Shown here: positions 1 to 8,887 of the stretch, piece after piece
Layout: every line of letters begins with the position of its first letter
How positions within the stretch are numbered: position 1 is the stretch's first letter
Origin: Treponema sp.
Lineage (GTDB): Bacteria > Spirochaetota > Spirochaetia > Treponematales > Treponemataceae
Direction: 5' to 3'
Assembly (NCBI GenBank): GCA_045616325.1
Contig: JAZLGN010000039.1
Span: 11,596-75,595 of the forward strand
DNA length: 64,000 bases
Program-made: the position numbers and the translations under genes
The notes under the pieces: model-generated
Databases searched by the model: none
The model's input: only the letters and a program-made list of their open reading frames with translations
Told to the model about the DNA's origin: nothing

Positions 1-4
1 ATCC

Positions 5-433
5 ATGACAGTTGTTTACTATATTTTGGCAGCCCTTGCTTTTGCATTGATGATATGGCTTCTCAATTTTTATGTTAAGTATAAGGAACGTCAGGAATCA
101 AACCAGGTGTCCCTGAAAAAGAGGAGGGAATATGCCGCGAAGCATGGGCTTTTGGTAAACTGTCCCCTGTGCAGCACCCCCCTCATGCCAGGGGAAGATC
201 TTGTGAGCCGCGTCTACAGGCCGATGAATGTTCCCGACCAGCTGTGCACGATAAACGGATGCCCAGCCTGCTACCCGAATCCTCTTGAAGGTGTAAAAAG
301 AGTTTGTCCCGTGTGCCACAAGGAAGTCCCCCTTAAGGAAGGTCATCTTGTGGCAAGGCTTTTCAACAAGCCCGACGGAAAGAAACACGTCATAGTTACT
401 GGATGCACCGAGTGTTCTAAAGGTGTAAAATAA
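5..433 (+). CDS. Membrane-anchored protein with two tandem CxxC...GCxxC Zn-ribbon repeats (hypothetical)
   Basis: N-terminal hydrophobic helix (aa 3-24); CPLC, GCPAC, CPVC and GCTEC motifs; internal duplication of aa 53-89 and 101-137. Confidence 0.75.
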   Translation: MTVVYYILAALAFALMIWLLNFYVKYKERQESNQVSLKKRREYAAKHGLLVNCPLCSTPLMPGEDLVSRVYRPMNVPDQLCTINGCPACYPNPLEGVKRVCPVCHKEVPLKEGHLVARLFNKPDGKKHVIVTGCTECSKGVK

Positions 434-452
434 GAGGCCAGTTTTCGAAAGA

Positions 453-1391
453 TTACCGCTTTCCCTTGTCGTAGGGAATGCCTTCCGCCTTTGGAGCCCT
501 GGATTTCTTTGAGGTAAATGCAAGGACAATCAGGGAGATGATGTAAGGCAGCATCTTGTAGACATCGCCAGGCACAAGGTGAATCAGTGCGTCAAAGGCA
601 GTGTATGTATCTGCAATGGCACGGAACACGCCGAACAAAAGTGCGCTTGCAGCAATCCTCAAGGGGTTCCACTGGCCAAAGATCATTACGGCCAGTGCAA
701 GGAATCCCGCACCTGCAACGCCATACTGGAAGTCCCACTGGGAATTTGAAACCGTAACATAGATTACGCCACCGATTCCACCGCAGAAACCGGAAATCAG
801 GACACCTGCATATCTCATCCTGTAAACATTGATTCCCACGCTGTCTGCAGCCTGCGGATGTTCACCACATGCCATAAGCCGTAGTCCAAAGCGCGTCCTG
901 TAAAGCACCAGGAATGCAAGTGCAACAAGAATCAGTGTAAGCACCATGTAGATGTTGAATTCAACGCCAAGAGCCTTAATAAGGAAAACCTTGCGGGTTT
1001 CAATGTAGTCCAGTATGGCACTGGGGTTGACTCCCTGGGTCCTGCTGTTGTTGAATGACTTTACGATGACCGTAGCTCCTGCAGTGGCCAGCATGTTCAT
1101 TGCGGTTCCAACAAGGGTCTGGTCTGCCTTGAAGTTGATGGCAGAAACGGCAAGCAGCAGTGAATAGATCATTCCAAAGGCAATGCTGGTCAAAATCGTC
1201 AGGAGTATTATGGCAAGTGGCGGTGCAGAAGGTGGAATCAGGGTCAGTACAAAGACTCCTCCCAGGGCGCCCATTACCATGATACCTTCAAGTCCCAGGT
1301 TTATGACGCCGCTTCTCTCGCTGAACATTCCACCGTATGCAACAAAAATCAAAACCGATGCGTATATTAGTGTATATTGAATCAATAGCAT
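453..1391 (-). CDS. Nucleoside/simple-sugar ABC transporter permease (BMP-associated, NupC/YufQ-like)
   Basis: GGMFSERSGVINLGLEG and RFGLRLMACGEHPQAADSVGI motifs; multiple TM helices. Confidence 0.93.
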   Translation of the reverse strand: MLLIQYTLIYASVLIFVAYGGMFSERSGVINLGLEGIMVMGALGGVFVLTLIPPSAPPLAIILLTILTSIAFGMIYSLLLAVSAINFKADQTLVGTAMNMLATAGATVIVKSFNNSRTQGVNPSAILDYIETRKVFLIKALGVEFNIYMVLTLILVALAFLVLYRTRFGLRLMACGEHPQAADSVGINVYRMRYAGVLISGFCGGIGGVIYVTVSNSQWDFQYGVAGAGFLALAVMIFGQWNPLRIAASALLFGVFRAIADTYTAFDALIHLVPGDVYKMLPYIISLIVLAFTSKKSRAPKAEGIPYDKGKR

Positions 1392-1397
1392 TTTTGC

Positions 1398-2507
1398 CTA
1401 CTCCTTGCCTTCACTTACTTTCGAAATCCTTTCCACAATGGTGCCAATGCGGTTCTTAAAGATGAACATGAAGGCACAGCTGTAGATGATTATGGAAGAA
1501 ATCAGGTCTGCAATCTGTGGGTTGTAGTATTTTGTGTCGATGAAACTTCCGCCCTGGGTAATGTGCTGGATAAAGTAACCGGCAAAGATTGCTCCGATGG
1601 GGTTAAGTTCCCCAAGGAAGGCTACGGCAATTCCGTTGAATCCCATTCCCGGAACTACGGAAGAAGTCTTCCATGGCTGGATGTCCGTAAGGTAAAAAAG
1701 GGAAGCACCAAGTCCTGCGATGGCTCCGCTTACTGCCATTGTAAGGATTATGTTCTTCCTGTCTTTCATTCCGGCGTATTTTGCTGCGTCCTTGTTAAGT
1801 CCCGTTGCCCTGAGTTCGTAGCCGATGATGGTTTTTGTCAAGAGTATGTTCACCAAGATGGCAACAAGTATGGTAAGTGGAATTGCAACTGAAACGTATT
1901 CGTTGTCGTGGAAAAATTTTCCAAGCCCCAGGGTTGGCAGCAGTGAATGGGGTGAAACTGATCCGATGGAAAAGGTTTCCGACTTTGTAATGTTCATGAC
2001 AGTTTCCCGGCTCATGAGGATGTTTACAAAGTATAGGCCAATCCAGTTTAGCATGATTCCCGCTATGACTTCGTTAACGTTGCAGAAGGCCTTTAAAAGT
2101 CCTGCAAGGGAAGCCCACAATGCTGCGGCAAGCACTGCAAGAAGGATGCACATGATCCATGGCAGGTGCCAGGCAAGGGCAGCCCAAAGGGAAATTCCAA
2201 TTCCGATGGTATACTGGCCCGCAATTCCAATGTTGAAAAGGCCTGACTTGTATGCAAAGAGAACCCCAATGGCGCACAGAATCAGTGGAACGGATTTTAC
2301 CAGTGTCTGCCCAAGATAATAGAGTTTTTTGCCCTTGTTCCTGTAGTACATGAAGTTCTTCAGGATAACGCTTATGGCTTTCGGGGCATGTTCCGCATTG
2401 ATTATAAGAAGAATTACAAAGCCGATCAAAATGCCTACGAGGGCACATAGAAGGGCAGAAAGGATGGAACGGAATGCCGGTGTATTGCAGATGTTCTTCT
2501 TGTTCAT
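1398..2507 (-). CDS. Nucleoside/simple-sugar ABC transporter permease (NupB/YufP-like)
   Basis: SGLFNIGIAGQ and GYELRATGLNKDAAKYAG motifs; start trimmed to MNKKNIC, 1 nt after the ATPase stop. Confidence 0.92.
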   Translation of the reverse strand: MNKKNICNTPAFRSILSALLCALVGILIGFVILLIINAEHAPKAISVILKNFMYYRNKGKKLYYLGQTLVKSVPLILCAIGVLFAYKSGLFNIGIAGQYTIGIGISLWAALAWHLPWIMCILLAVLAAALWASLAGLLKAFCNVNEVIAGIMLNWIGLYFVNILMSRETVMNITKSETFSIGSVSPHSLLPTLGLGKFFHDNEYVSVAIPLTILVAILVNILLTKTIIGYELRATGLNKDAAKYAGMKDRKNIILTMAVSGAIAGLGASLFYLTDIQPWKTSSVVPGMGFNGIAVAFLGELNPIGAIFAGYFIQHITQGGSFIDTKYYNPQIADLISSIIIYSCAFMFIFKNRIGTIVERISKVSEGKE

Positions 2508-2508
2508 T

Positions 2509-4062
2509 TTAGTCCTCCACCTTGATTTCCTGGCGTTTTGCACCAGCCATGTAAAGTCCAAGTTCTTCCGGGGTCGTAGCCTTTGGGTCCAGTTCCCCAA
2601 CAATTTCTCCCTGGTGCATGACAAGAATCCTGTCGCTAAGGCTCATGACTTCATCAAGCTCGTATGAAACCAGAAGGACGGCCTTGCCCTGGTCGCGGTC
2701 TTCGATGATTGCCTTGTGCAGGTATTCAATGGCGCCAACATCAAGGCCGCGGGTAGGCTGGACGGCTATCAGAAGCTTGTGGCTTTTGTTAAGTTCGCGG
2801 GCTGCGATGGCCTTCTGCTGGTTTCCACCAGACATGGCGCGGCAAACTGTTTTCCCGCCCTGTCCGCTTCGCACGTCGTACTTTTCAATGAGTTCCTCGC
2901 CGTACTTTGAAACTTCCCCAGACTTGATGAAAAACTTATTCTGGAATTTGTCTTCCCAATATCGCTGCAGAACAAGATTCTGATCAAGAGTGTAGTCAAG
3001 AACAAGACCATGCTTGTGCCTGTCTTCCGGAATGTGGCTCATGCCTGCCATGGATTTTTCACGGATCAAATTTTTAGTTATATCAACTCCATCAAGAAGA
3101 ATCGATGTCCGTTTGTCCGTAAACACAAGTGGAGATAGTCCCGTAAGTCCCGAAATGAATTCCGACTGCCCGTTGCCGTCAATTCCTGCGATGCATACGA
3201 TTTCCCCGGCGCGGACCTTCATGCTCACGTCCTTTACTCCAAGGGAATCGTGCATGCGGCTCTTTACATTCATGTGATTGATTTCAAGAATCGTCTTGCC
3301 AGGAACGGCTGGCCTTTTGTCAACCACAAACTGAACGTCACGGCCGACCATCATCCTGCTTAGTTCTTCTTTTGTTGTGCCCTTGATGTCAACGGTTCCA
3401 ATGTACTTGCCCTTTCGCAAAACCGAGCATCTGCTGGCAACTGCCATGATTTCATTAAGCTTGTGGGTAATGAAGAGGATGGACTTTCCTTCGGCAGCAA
3501 GATTTTTCATGATCTGCATAAGTTCTTCTATTTCCTGGGGAGTCAGTACTGCAGTCGGCTCGTCAAAAATCAGGATTTCATTGTCGCGGTAAAGCATCTT
3601 CAGGATTTCAACGCGCTGCTGCATTCCCACAGTAAGGTCTTCAATCTTTGATTCAGGCGTAACAAAAAGCCCGTAGTGCTTGCTCAATTCCACGACTTTT
3701 TTGCATGCAGACTTTCGGTCAAGGAATGGTCCCTTAGTGGTTTCGCTTCCAAGAATGATGTTGTCCAGGACCGTGAAGTTTTCCACAAGCTTAAAGTGCT
3801 GGTGAACCATTCCAATGCCCAGTGCCGTGGCGTCATTTGGATTGCCAATGAGGACCTTCTTTCCGTTCTTCCGGATTTCACCTTCTTCCGGCTGGTAAAG
3901 GCCAAAGAGAACGCTCATGAGCGTAGATTTTCCGGCACCGTTTTCTCCAAGGAGGGCATGGATTTCTCCCTTGCGCAGCTGCAGCGTAATGCTGTCGTTG
4001 GCAATGATTCCAGGAAACCGTTTGGTAATGTTCAGCATTTCAATGATGTATTCTTCACTCAT
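2509..4062 (-). CDS. ABC transporter ATP-binding protein with two ABC domains (NupA/YufO-like)
   Basis: Walker A GENGAGKST, ILIFDEPT, second-domain signature MSGGNQQK and QPTRGLDVGA. Confidence 0.96.
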   Translation of the reverse strand: MSEEYIIEMLNITKRFPGIIANDSITLQLRKGEIHALLGENGAGKSTLMSVLFGLYQPEEGEIRKNGKKVLIGNPNDATALGIGMVHQHFKLVENFTVLDNIILGSETTKGPFLDRKSACKKVVELSKHYGLFVTPESKIEDLTVGMQQRVEILKMLYRDNEILIFDEPTAVLTPQEIEELMQIMKNLAAEGKSILFITHKLNEIMAVASRCSVLRKGKYIGTVDIKGTTKEELSRMMVGRDVQFVVDKRPAVPGKTILEINHMNVKSRMHDSLGVKDVSMKVRAGEIVCIAGIDGNGQSEFISGLTGLSPLVFTDKRTSILLDGVDITKNLIREKSMAGMSHIPEDRHKHGLVLDYTLDQNLVLQRYWEDKFQNKFFIKSGEVSKYGEELIEKYDVRSGQGGKTVCRAMSGGNQQKAIAARELNKSHKLLIAVQPTRGLDVGAIEYLHKAIIEDRDQGKAVLLVSYELDEVMSLSDRILVMHQGEIVGELDPKATTPEELGLYMAGAKRQEIKVED

Positions 4063-4101
4063 AAAACACCTGTCTTTAAATTAAGGAAATTCTTTTCCCT
4101 C

Positions 4102-4110
4102 ATTGTATCA
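4102..4110 (-). promoter_or_regulatory. Extended -10 promoter for the ABC membrane/ATPase genes
   Basis: Minus-strand TGaTACAAT about 40 nt upstream of the ATG at 4062; no good -35. Confidence 0.5.
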
Positions 4111-4150
4111 TAAAGGGCACCAGTAAAAAAACACTTTTTTTAGATGGCAT

Positions 4151-4202
4151 AAAAAAAAGCCGAATCCTGCAGTGCAAGAATTCATGCATTGCAAAATTCG
4201 GC
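4151..4202 (-). terminator. Rho-independent terminator after the BMP gene
   Basis: GCCGAAT...ATTCGGC long hairpin followed on the minus strand by 8 U. Confidence 0.75.
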
Positions 4203-4297
4203 CATAATTTCTGGCGGGTCAGCCAGGCCTCTTGGAACTTCCCGTGGAACAACTTCCCGGAACCCGGCAAATCTCCAGGTATTCAGATGCCTAAAAA

Positions 4298-5413
4298 CTA
4301 TTTGATGTTAGGATACTTGTTAACCTTGATTGAAACTGCAGGATCCTTGTCGATGGCGTTAGAAACCTTTGTCTTTCCTGAGTATACGTCGGCAACCATC
4401 TTCTTGTAGTCTGAAACCTTAAAGTTCTTCATAGCCCAAGTCTCTGTTGGAAGGCCAACATAGTTTGCGTTGAGGTCTGTTCCAGACACGAGTCCGAGGG
4501 AAGAAACCTTGCCTGCGTAGTCAGCTGCAAATGATCCGTCCTGGATGGAAGCAAGACATGCATATACTGTTGCACCCAATCCCTTCATTGCAGAAGTTAC
4601 GTGCATTCCGGCTTCGTAGCTGTTGATCTGTGCCGTCTGGTCAACGTCAACACCGATAACCTTTCCGTGAACCTTGGCTGCTGCGTCGCATGCAGAAGTC
4701 CAGATTCCGCCGCCACATGCAAATACAACTTCAACACCGCGGTTCTTGTACCAACCGTCCATTGTTGCAGTGATTGTCTGGTCACCGTAGAACTGTCCGC
4801 CGTAAACGTATTCAACTGTAACCTGGTCTGCAATGTTAAGTTCCTCGGCTGCCTTGTTGGCTCCCTGAACAAAACCGTAGCCATAGCGGATAACGGCAGG
4901 AACAGCCATGCCGCCAAGGAATCCAAGGTGGCGGTATCCTTCCTTAACTGCTGCATAACCGGCAAAGTAGCCAGGAATTTCTTCAGCATAAACTGCGCAG
5001 AAAACGTTGGAAGGAAGCTTTGCTCCACCCAGGTCAAATTCGCTGATGTCAAGGCCGATGAACTTTGCGTCGTCATAGTCCTTTGCAACCTTTACGATTG
5101 CTTCACCAAAAAGGAATCCTGGAAGAACGATTACATTGTAACCGTCCTGGTATGCTGCGTCGATTGAAGCAACACGGTCTGCAGTAGAATCGCCTGCAGG
5201 CTTGTAGTACTGGAAGTCCAGCCTGTTTGCTTCTGCATAAGACTTGCATGCCTGGTAAGTTGTCTGGTTGAACGACTGGTCCGTAATGTCTCCAGAGTCG
5301 GTAACCATTGCAATCTTGATTGCAGGCTTCTTTTCAGCCTTCTTGGCCTTAGCTGCAAACACTGAAGTGCAAGCCAAGGCAGCCATCATTGCCACAAGAA
5401 TAATCTTTTTCAT
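4298..5413 (-). CDS. BMP-family (PnrA/TmpC-like) nucleoside ABC substrate-binding protein
   Basis: TDSGDITDQSFNQ, GFLGG, GGGIW and IGVDVDQ motifs; signal peptide ends VFA (SPase I-like, no clear lipobox). Confidence 0.93.
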   Translation of the reverse strand: MKKIILVAMMAALACTSVFAAKAKKAEKKPAIKIAMVTDSGDITDQSFNQTTYQACKSYAEANRLDFQYYKPAGDSTADRVASIDAAYQDGYNVIVLPGFLFGEAIVKVAKDYDDAKFIGLDISEFDLGGAKLPSNVFCAVYAEEIPGYFAGYAAVKEGYRHLGFLGGMAVPAVIRYGYGFVQGANKAAEELNIADQVTVEYVYGGQFYGDQTITATMDGWYKNRGVEVVFACGGGIWTSACDAAAKVHGKVIGVDVDQTAQINSYEAGMHVTSAMKGLGATVYACLASIQDGSFAADYAGKVSSLGLVSGTDLNANYVGLPTETWAMKNFKVSDYKKMVADVYSGKTKVSNAIDKDPAVSIKVNKYPNIK

Positions 5414-5439
5414 TTGTAATCCTCCATGAAAGATTCCTC

Positions 5440-5468
5440 ATTATAGAACATTATGGCATTGGTGGCAA
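5440..5468 (-). promoter_or_regulatory. Sigma70 promoter of the BMP gene
   Basis: TTGCCA-17-TATAAT on the minus strand; GGAGG SD before the ATG. Confidence 0.75.
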
Positions 5469-5553
5469 AGGCCAGTCCCCTGGATGACCCTCAAAAAGGC
5501 CATGGTTGGCCTAAAAAGCATGCAATTTTTTTCAGAAAAAATGTTTTTTTTGC

Positions 5554-5580
5554 TAAAGTCCAGTTTTCCAAGTCCGACAA
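5554..5580 (+). promoter_or_regulatory. Sigma28 (FliA) promoter of flaB
   Basis: TAAAGTCC-N11-TCCGACAA matches the consensus TAAAGTTT-N11-GCCGATAA. Confidence 0.85.
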
Positions 5581-5671
5581 TAAAAATATAGGGTGGTATA
5601 CCCAAGAAGGGGGAGCATGCCGGGTGAAAGCATGCTTGTAACTCTAGTACCTTGATCATAGGAGATAAATT

Positions 5672-6532
5672 ATGGTTATCAATCACAACATGAGTGCAAT
5701 GTTTGCACAGCGCGCAGGTGGAATCACTGAGCTCAACAATCAGAAGAACATGGAAAAGCTTTCTTCTGGTATGAAGATCAACCGCGCAGGTGACGATGCT
5801 TCAGGACTTGCAGTTTCTGAAAAGATGCGTGCACAGATTCGCGGTTTGAATCAGGCATCAACAAATGCAAAGAATGGTATTTCTTTCATCCAGACAACAG
5901 AAGGATACCTCCAGGAAACATCTGACATCGTTCAGCGCATCCGCGAACTTGCAGTACAGTCATCGAACGGTATCTACACAGACGAAGACCGCATGCAGAT
6001 CCAGGTTGAAGTATCTTCTCTCATCGCAGAAGTTGACCGCATCGCTTCAACAGCACAGTTCAACGGCATGAACATGCTTACAGGACGTTTCGCTCGCTCA
6101 ACAGGTGAAAACAGCGTAACAGCTTCTATGTGGCTCCACATTGGTGCAAACATGGACCAGAGAACACAGGTATACATTGGAACAATGTCTGCTGCAGCTC
6201 TTGGACTCCGCAATGTTGGAACAGAAGAAATCATGACTCTCGAATCTCCAGATGATGCAAACCGCGCAATTGGAACACTCGATGAAGCCCTCAAGAAGAT
6301 CAACAAGCAGCGTGCAGACCTTGGTGCATACCAGAACCGCCTCGAAAAGACAGTTGTAGGTCTTGATGTTGGTGCAGAAAACCTCCAGGCATCTGAATCA
6401 CGCATCCGCGATACAGACATGGCTAAGGAAATGGTTGACTTCACAAAGAACCAGGTTCTCTCTCAGGCTGGAACAGCTATGCTTGCTCAGGCAAACCAGT
6501 CTTCACAGAGCGTTCTTTCACTCCTCCAGTAG
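5672..6532 (+). CDS. flaB: Periplasmic flagellar filament core protein FlaB (flagellin)
   Basis: [35 protein letters not shown] and C-terminal [13 protein letters not shown]...LSLL; 286 aa, typical of spirochaete FlaB. Confidence 0.98.
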   Translation: MVINHNMSAMFAQRAGGITELNNQKNMEKLSSGMKINRAGDDASGLAVSEKMRAQIRGLNQASTNAKNGISFIQTTEGYLQETSDIVQRIRELAVQSSNGIYTDEDRMQIQVEVSSLIAEVDRIASTAQFNGMNMLTGRFARSTGENSVTASMWLHIGANMDQRTQVYIGTMSAAALGLRNVGTEEIMTLESPDDANRAIGTLDEALKKINKQRADLGAYQNRLEKTVVGLDVGAENLQASESRIRDTDMAKEMVDFTKNQVLSQAGTAMLAQANQSSQSVLSLLQ

Positions 6533-6596
6533 TCTTGAATGGGGCCAGTCCCCGTTCTTGCGGCTATTTGCTGCGGGATGAAACCAATCGTTACAG

Positions 6597-6625
6597 GCAC
6601 TTCCGGACAGGGAGTGCTTTTTTTT
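6597..6625 (+). terminator. Rho-independent terminator of flaB
   Basis: GCACTTCC-GGACA-GGGAGTGC followed by 8 T. Confidence 0.85.
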
Positions 6626-6626
6626 G

Positions 6627-6860
6627 TGCCCGGTCATTTTCTGGAGGGTTCTGCGCCGGCTGCCGCCGCCGCAGACCAGGCTTTCCGCAATTCCGCTTCC
6701 GCTCCATCCTCCTCGTCCGCTCCTCATCCCCTTCATCAACAACTCATTTTTCCATTCACACGTTATCCTTCAGGTTCCGCTTAATTCCACGGGAATCCCG
6801 CTCCCTGCGGTGGACGCCTCCGGCGTTGCTCCAATCCTTACCCCGGGACTGTTCAGAATC
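6627..6860. repeat. GC-rich intergenic palindromic element, copy A
   Basis: Shares CAGGCTTTCCG (6677-6687) and CAATCCTT (6832-6839) with the reverse complement of 41883-42057, and CTCCCTGCGGT (6801-6811) with 10727-10737. Confidence 0.5.
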
Positions 6861-6945
6861 AGGCCTGCTGCATCGCATCAATTCCACCCATGGTCTGTAT
6901 CGAATATTATTGTAGAATCTCAAAAAAAATTGATATAAAAAGTGT

Positions 6946-6974
6946 TTGCACCACGGTCGATTAGACTATATAAT
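6946..6974 (+). promoter_or_regulatory. Sigma70 promoter of the AraC gene
   Basis: TTGCAC-17-TATAAT; ATG 9 nt after the -10 box. Confidence 0.75.
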
Positions 6975-6983
6975 TTAAGGATT

Positions 6984-7787
6984 ATGAAGATCAATTTTGC
7001 CGGTGCCTTTTACCGCAAACCCGAACAGTCCGGATTCAGGATCAAGTTTGTGGAAGGTACAAAAGAATGGGTTCTCCTTCATTTTTACACTCCCATGGTC
7101 ATAACATTGGGGGACAAGAGGATTGAAACCCAGGCAAATGCGTGCATCCTCTATCAGCCCGGGACTCCGCAGATTTATTGGGGACGGGATGGTGACTTTG
7201 AAAACGACTACATCAGGTTTTATCCGGAAGACGCATCATTCTTTAACGATTTCCAGATTCCCTTTGACGAAGTGTTCTATGTCACGGACGACGACATCAT
7301 ACGCCGCGAGATGCAGGACATAACCTACTTCCTTACGGAACGGTGGGAAAACCACGACCACGAACTGCTGGACCGCCTCTGCAAGGTCATGTCAAACCTT
7401 CAGGTAAACAGGCTGTTCCCAACCCAAAAGACAAAGCGCGAAAGCGAGACCCGCTACAGGCTCAACCAGCTCAGGAAGGAAGTTCAGGCTCGCCCGGAAG
7501 AATGGACCGTTGACCTTATGGCGGACAGTTTTTTTCTTACAAGATCCCATTTTTCCGTTCTATATAAAAAGACCTTCGGGGTCACTCCCCAGGCGGACAT
7601 ACATTTCTTCCTGAACGAAAAGGCACTGCGCCTTCTTAACACGACGGACCTTACGGTCCAGGAAATTTCCCAGCAGTGCGGTTACAACGAATGCGAGAAT
7701 TTCATCCGTGCCTTCAGGAAGGCAAATTCAATCTCGCCCTTGCAGTACCGGAAGAAGCTGGAAAACCCGGGGGAATTCCGTCAATAA
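6984..7787 (+). CDS. AraC-family transcriptional regulator
   Basis: N-terminal cupin-like domain; C-terminal double HTH (SRSHFSVLYKKTFG...ISQQCGYNECENFIRAFRK...SPLQYRK); start trimmed to MKINF. Confidence 0.93.
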   Translation: MKINFAGAFYRKPEQSGFRIKFVEGTKEWVLLHFYTPMVITLGDKRIETQANACILYQPGTPQIYWGRDGDFENDYIRFYPEDASFFNDFQIPFDEVFYVTDDDIIRREMQDITYFLTERWENHDHELLDRLCKVMSNLQVNRLFPTQKTKRESETRYRLNQLRKEVQARPEEWTVDLMADSFFLTRSHFSVLYKKTFGVTPQADIHFFLNEKALRLLNTTDLTVQEISQQCGYNECENFIRAFRKANSISPLQYRKKLENPGEFRQ

Positions 7788-7815
7788 AAAAACTGCCCCT
7801 TAATAGGGGCAGCTT
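7786..7815. terminator. Terminator between convergent AraC and slyD genes
   Basis: CTGCCCCT-TAAT-AGGGGCAG with an A7 run on the left (U-tract on the minus strand). Confidence 0.8.
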
Positions 7816-7848
7816 GAATAAATTTAAAGCCTATCTGTACAGGTCAAA

Positions 7849-8427
7849 TCAGTTGTGACAGCCGCATCCGCCGCTTTCACCGCAACTGCATTCACCATCA
7901 CCGCCGCAGTTGCAGTCGCCACCGCATTCTCCGCCACAACCGCCGCCGCATCCTCCGCAGCCGCCACCGCAACCGTGGGAAGGATTGAGTTCTTCTTCCG
8001 TAGCGTCGCGCACTTCAACGATTTCCACGTCAAAGTTAAGGCGAACACCTGCAAGCTCATGGTTTCCGTCTACAGTCACCTTGTCGTCTTCAACCTTGAC
8101 AACACGCACGATGATTGGTCCGCCTGCAGTCATGGCCTGGAAAGCCATACCGATTTCAATTGGCATGTCGGTCTCAAAGTTTGACCGTGGAACTTCAGAA
8201 ATAAGGTCTTCCCTCTTTTCCCCGTAACCGTCAATCGGTTCAAGAACTGCGTGGAGAGTGTCTCCCGGATTCTTTCCGTTAATCTGTTCCTCAAGCTTTG
8301 GAAGAAGGTAACCGCGTCCCTGTACATAGCCAAGGGGTTCCTTTCCAACTGAAGAATCGATGACCGTTCCCTCGTCGTTCTTGAGGGTGTAGTGAATGCT
8401 TACGTATTTGTCCTTTTCTACTGTCAT
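7849..8427 (-). CDS. slyD: FKBP-type peptidyl-prolyl isomerase SlyD with Cys/Gly-rich tail
   Basis: VSIHYTL, PLGYVQG, VDGNHELAGVRLNFDVEIVEVRDAT; metal-binding tail. Confidence 0.95.
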   Translation of the reverse strand: MTVEKDKYVSIHYTLKNDEGTVIDSSVGKEPLGYVQGRGYLLPKLEEQINGKNPGDTLHAVLEPIDGYGEKREDLISEVPRSNFETDMPIEIGMAFQAMTAGGPIIVRVVKVEDDKVTVDGNHELAGVRLNFDVEIVEVRDATEEELNPSHGCGGGCGGCGGGCGGECGGDCNCGGDGECSCGESGGCGCHN

Positions 8428-8439
8428 GTCCTTTTTCCT

Positions 8440-8703
8440 TTACTGCTCAACTGCAGCCGTCTCGTCTGCATCCTGAACTACTTCCGTAATTTCAGGGCAG
8501 ATTTCCTTAAGGTAGCGCTCGATGCCCATCTTAAGCGTCATTGTTGCCATTGGGCATGATCCGCAGGCACCTGTCAGCTTAAGGTGAACCTTGTTCTCTT
8601 CATCGATGCAGATGAATTCCATATCTCCGCCGTCGGCATTCAGCTGCGGCCTGAAGGCTTCCAGAGTCTCTTTTACCTTTGCAAGGAGTTCTTCACTTAC
8701 CAT
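8440..8703 (-). CDS. NifU/NfuA C-terminal-domain Fe-S carrier protein
   Basis: RPQLNADGGD and LTGACGSCPMATMTLKMGIE motifs; start set at MVSEE after the GAGAGG SD. Confidence 0.9.
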   Translation of the reverse strand: MVSEELLAKVKETLEAFRPQLNADGGDMEFICIDEENKVHLKLTGACGSCPMATMTLKMGIERYLKEICPEITEVVQDADETAAVEQ

Positions 8704-8887
8704 ATAATCCTCTCTCATATCCATCCATAGTAAGGCCGGTGGAATAAAACAACTCCAGCCCTCATAGAAAGATATAAAATTATGACCTAAAGATGCAACA
8801 ATTTACTATAAATAAACGTAAAATTCTATAGCGTTCGGCTGCCGTCTGCCGGCTTGTGTCGGCCTGCCGGGCCTACATCATGCCATG

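Noticed and set aside
4233-4270. Short GGAAC/TTCCC tandem motif after the BMP gene
   Set aside because: Only 2-3 degenerate units, with no other copy seen in the window.
5524-5543. CodY-box-like TTTTTTCAGAAAAAA upstream of flaB
   Set aside because: Four mismatches in an A/T-rich context, and CodY is not an expected spirochaete regulator; more likely an UP-like tract.
6535-6938. Overlapping 80-126-aa ORFs downstream of flaB
   Set aside because: They cross the flaB terminator and the GC-rich repeat; stop-codon scarcity is explained by GC content.
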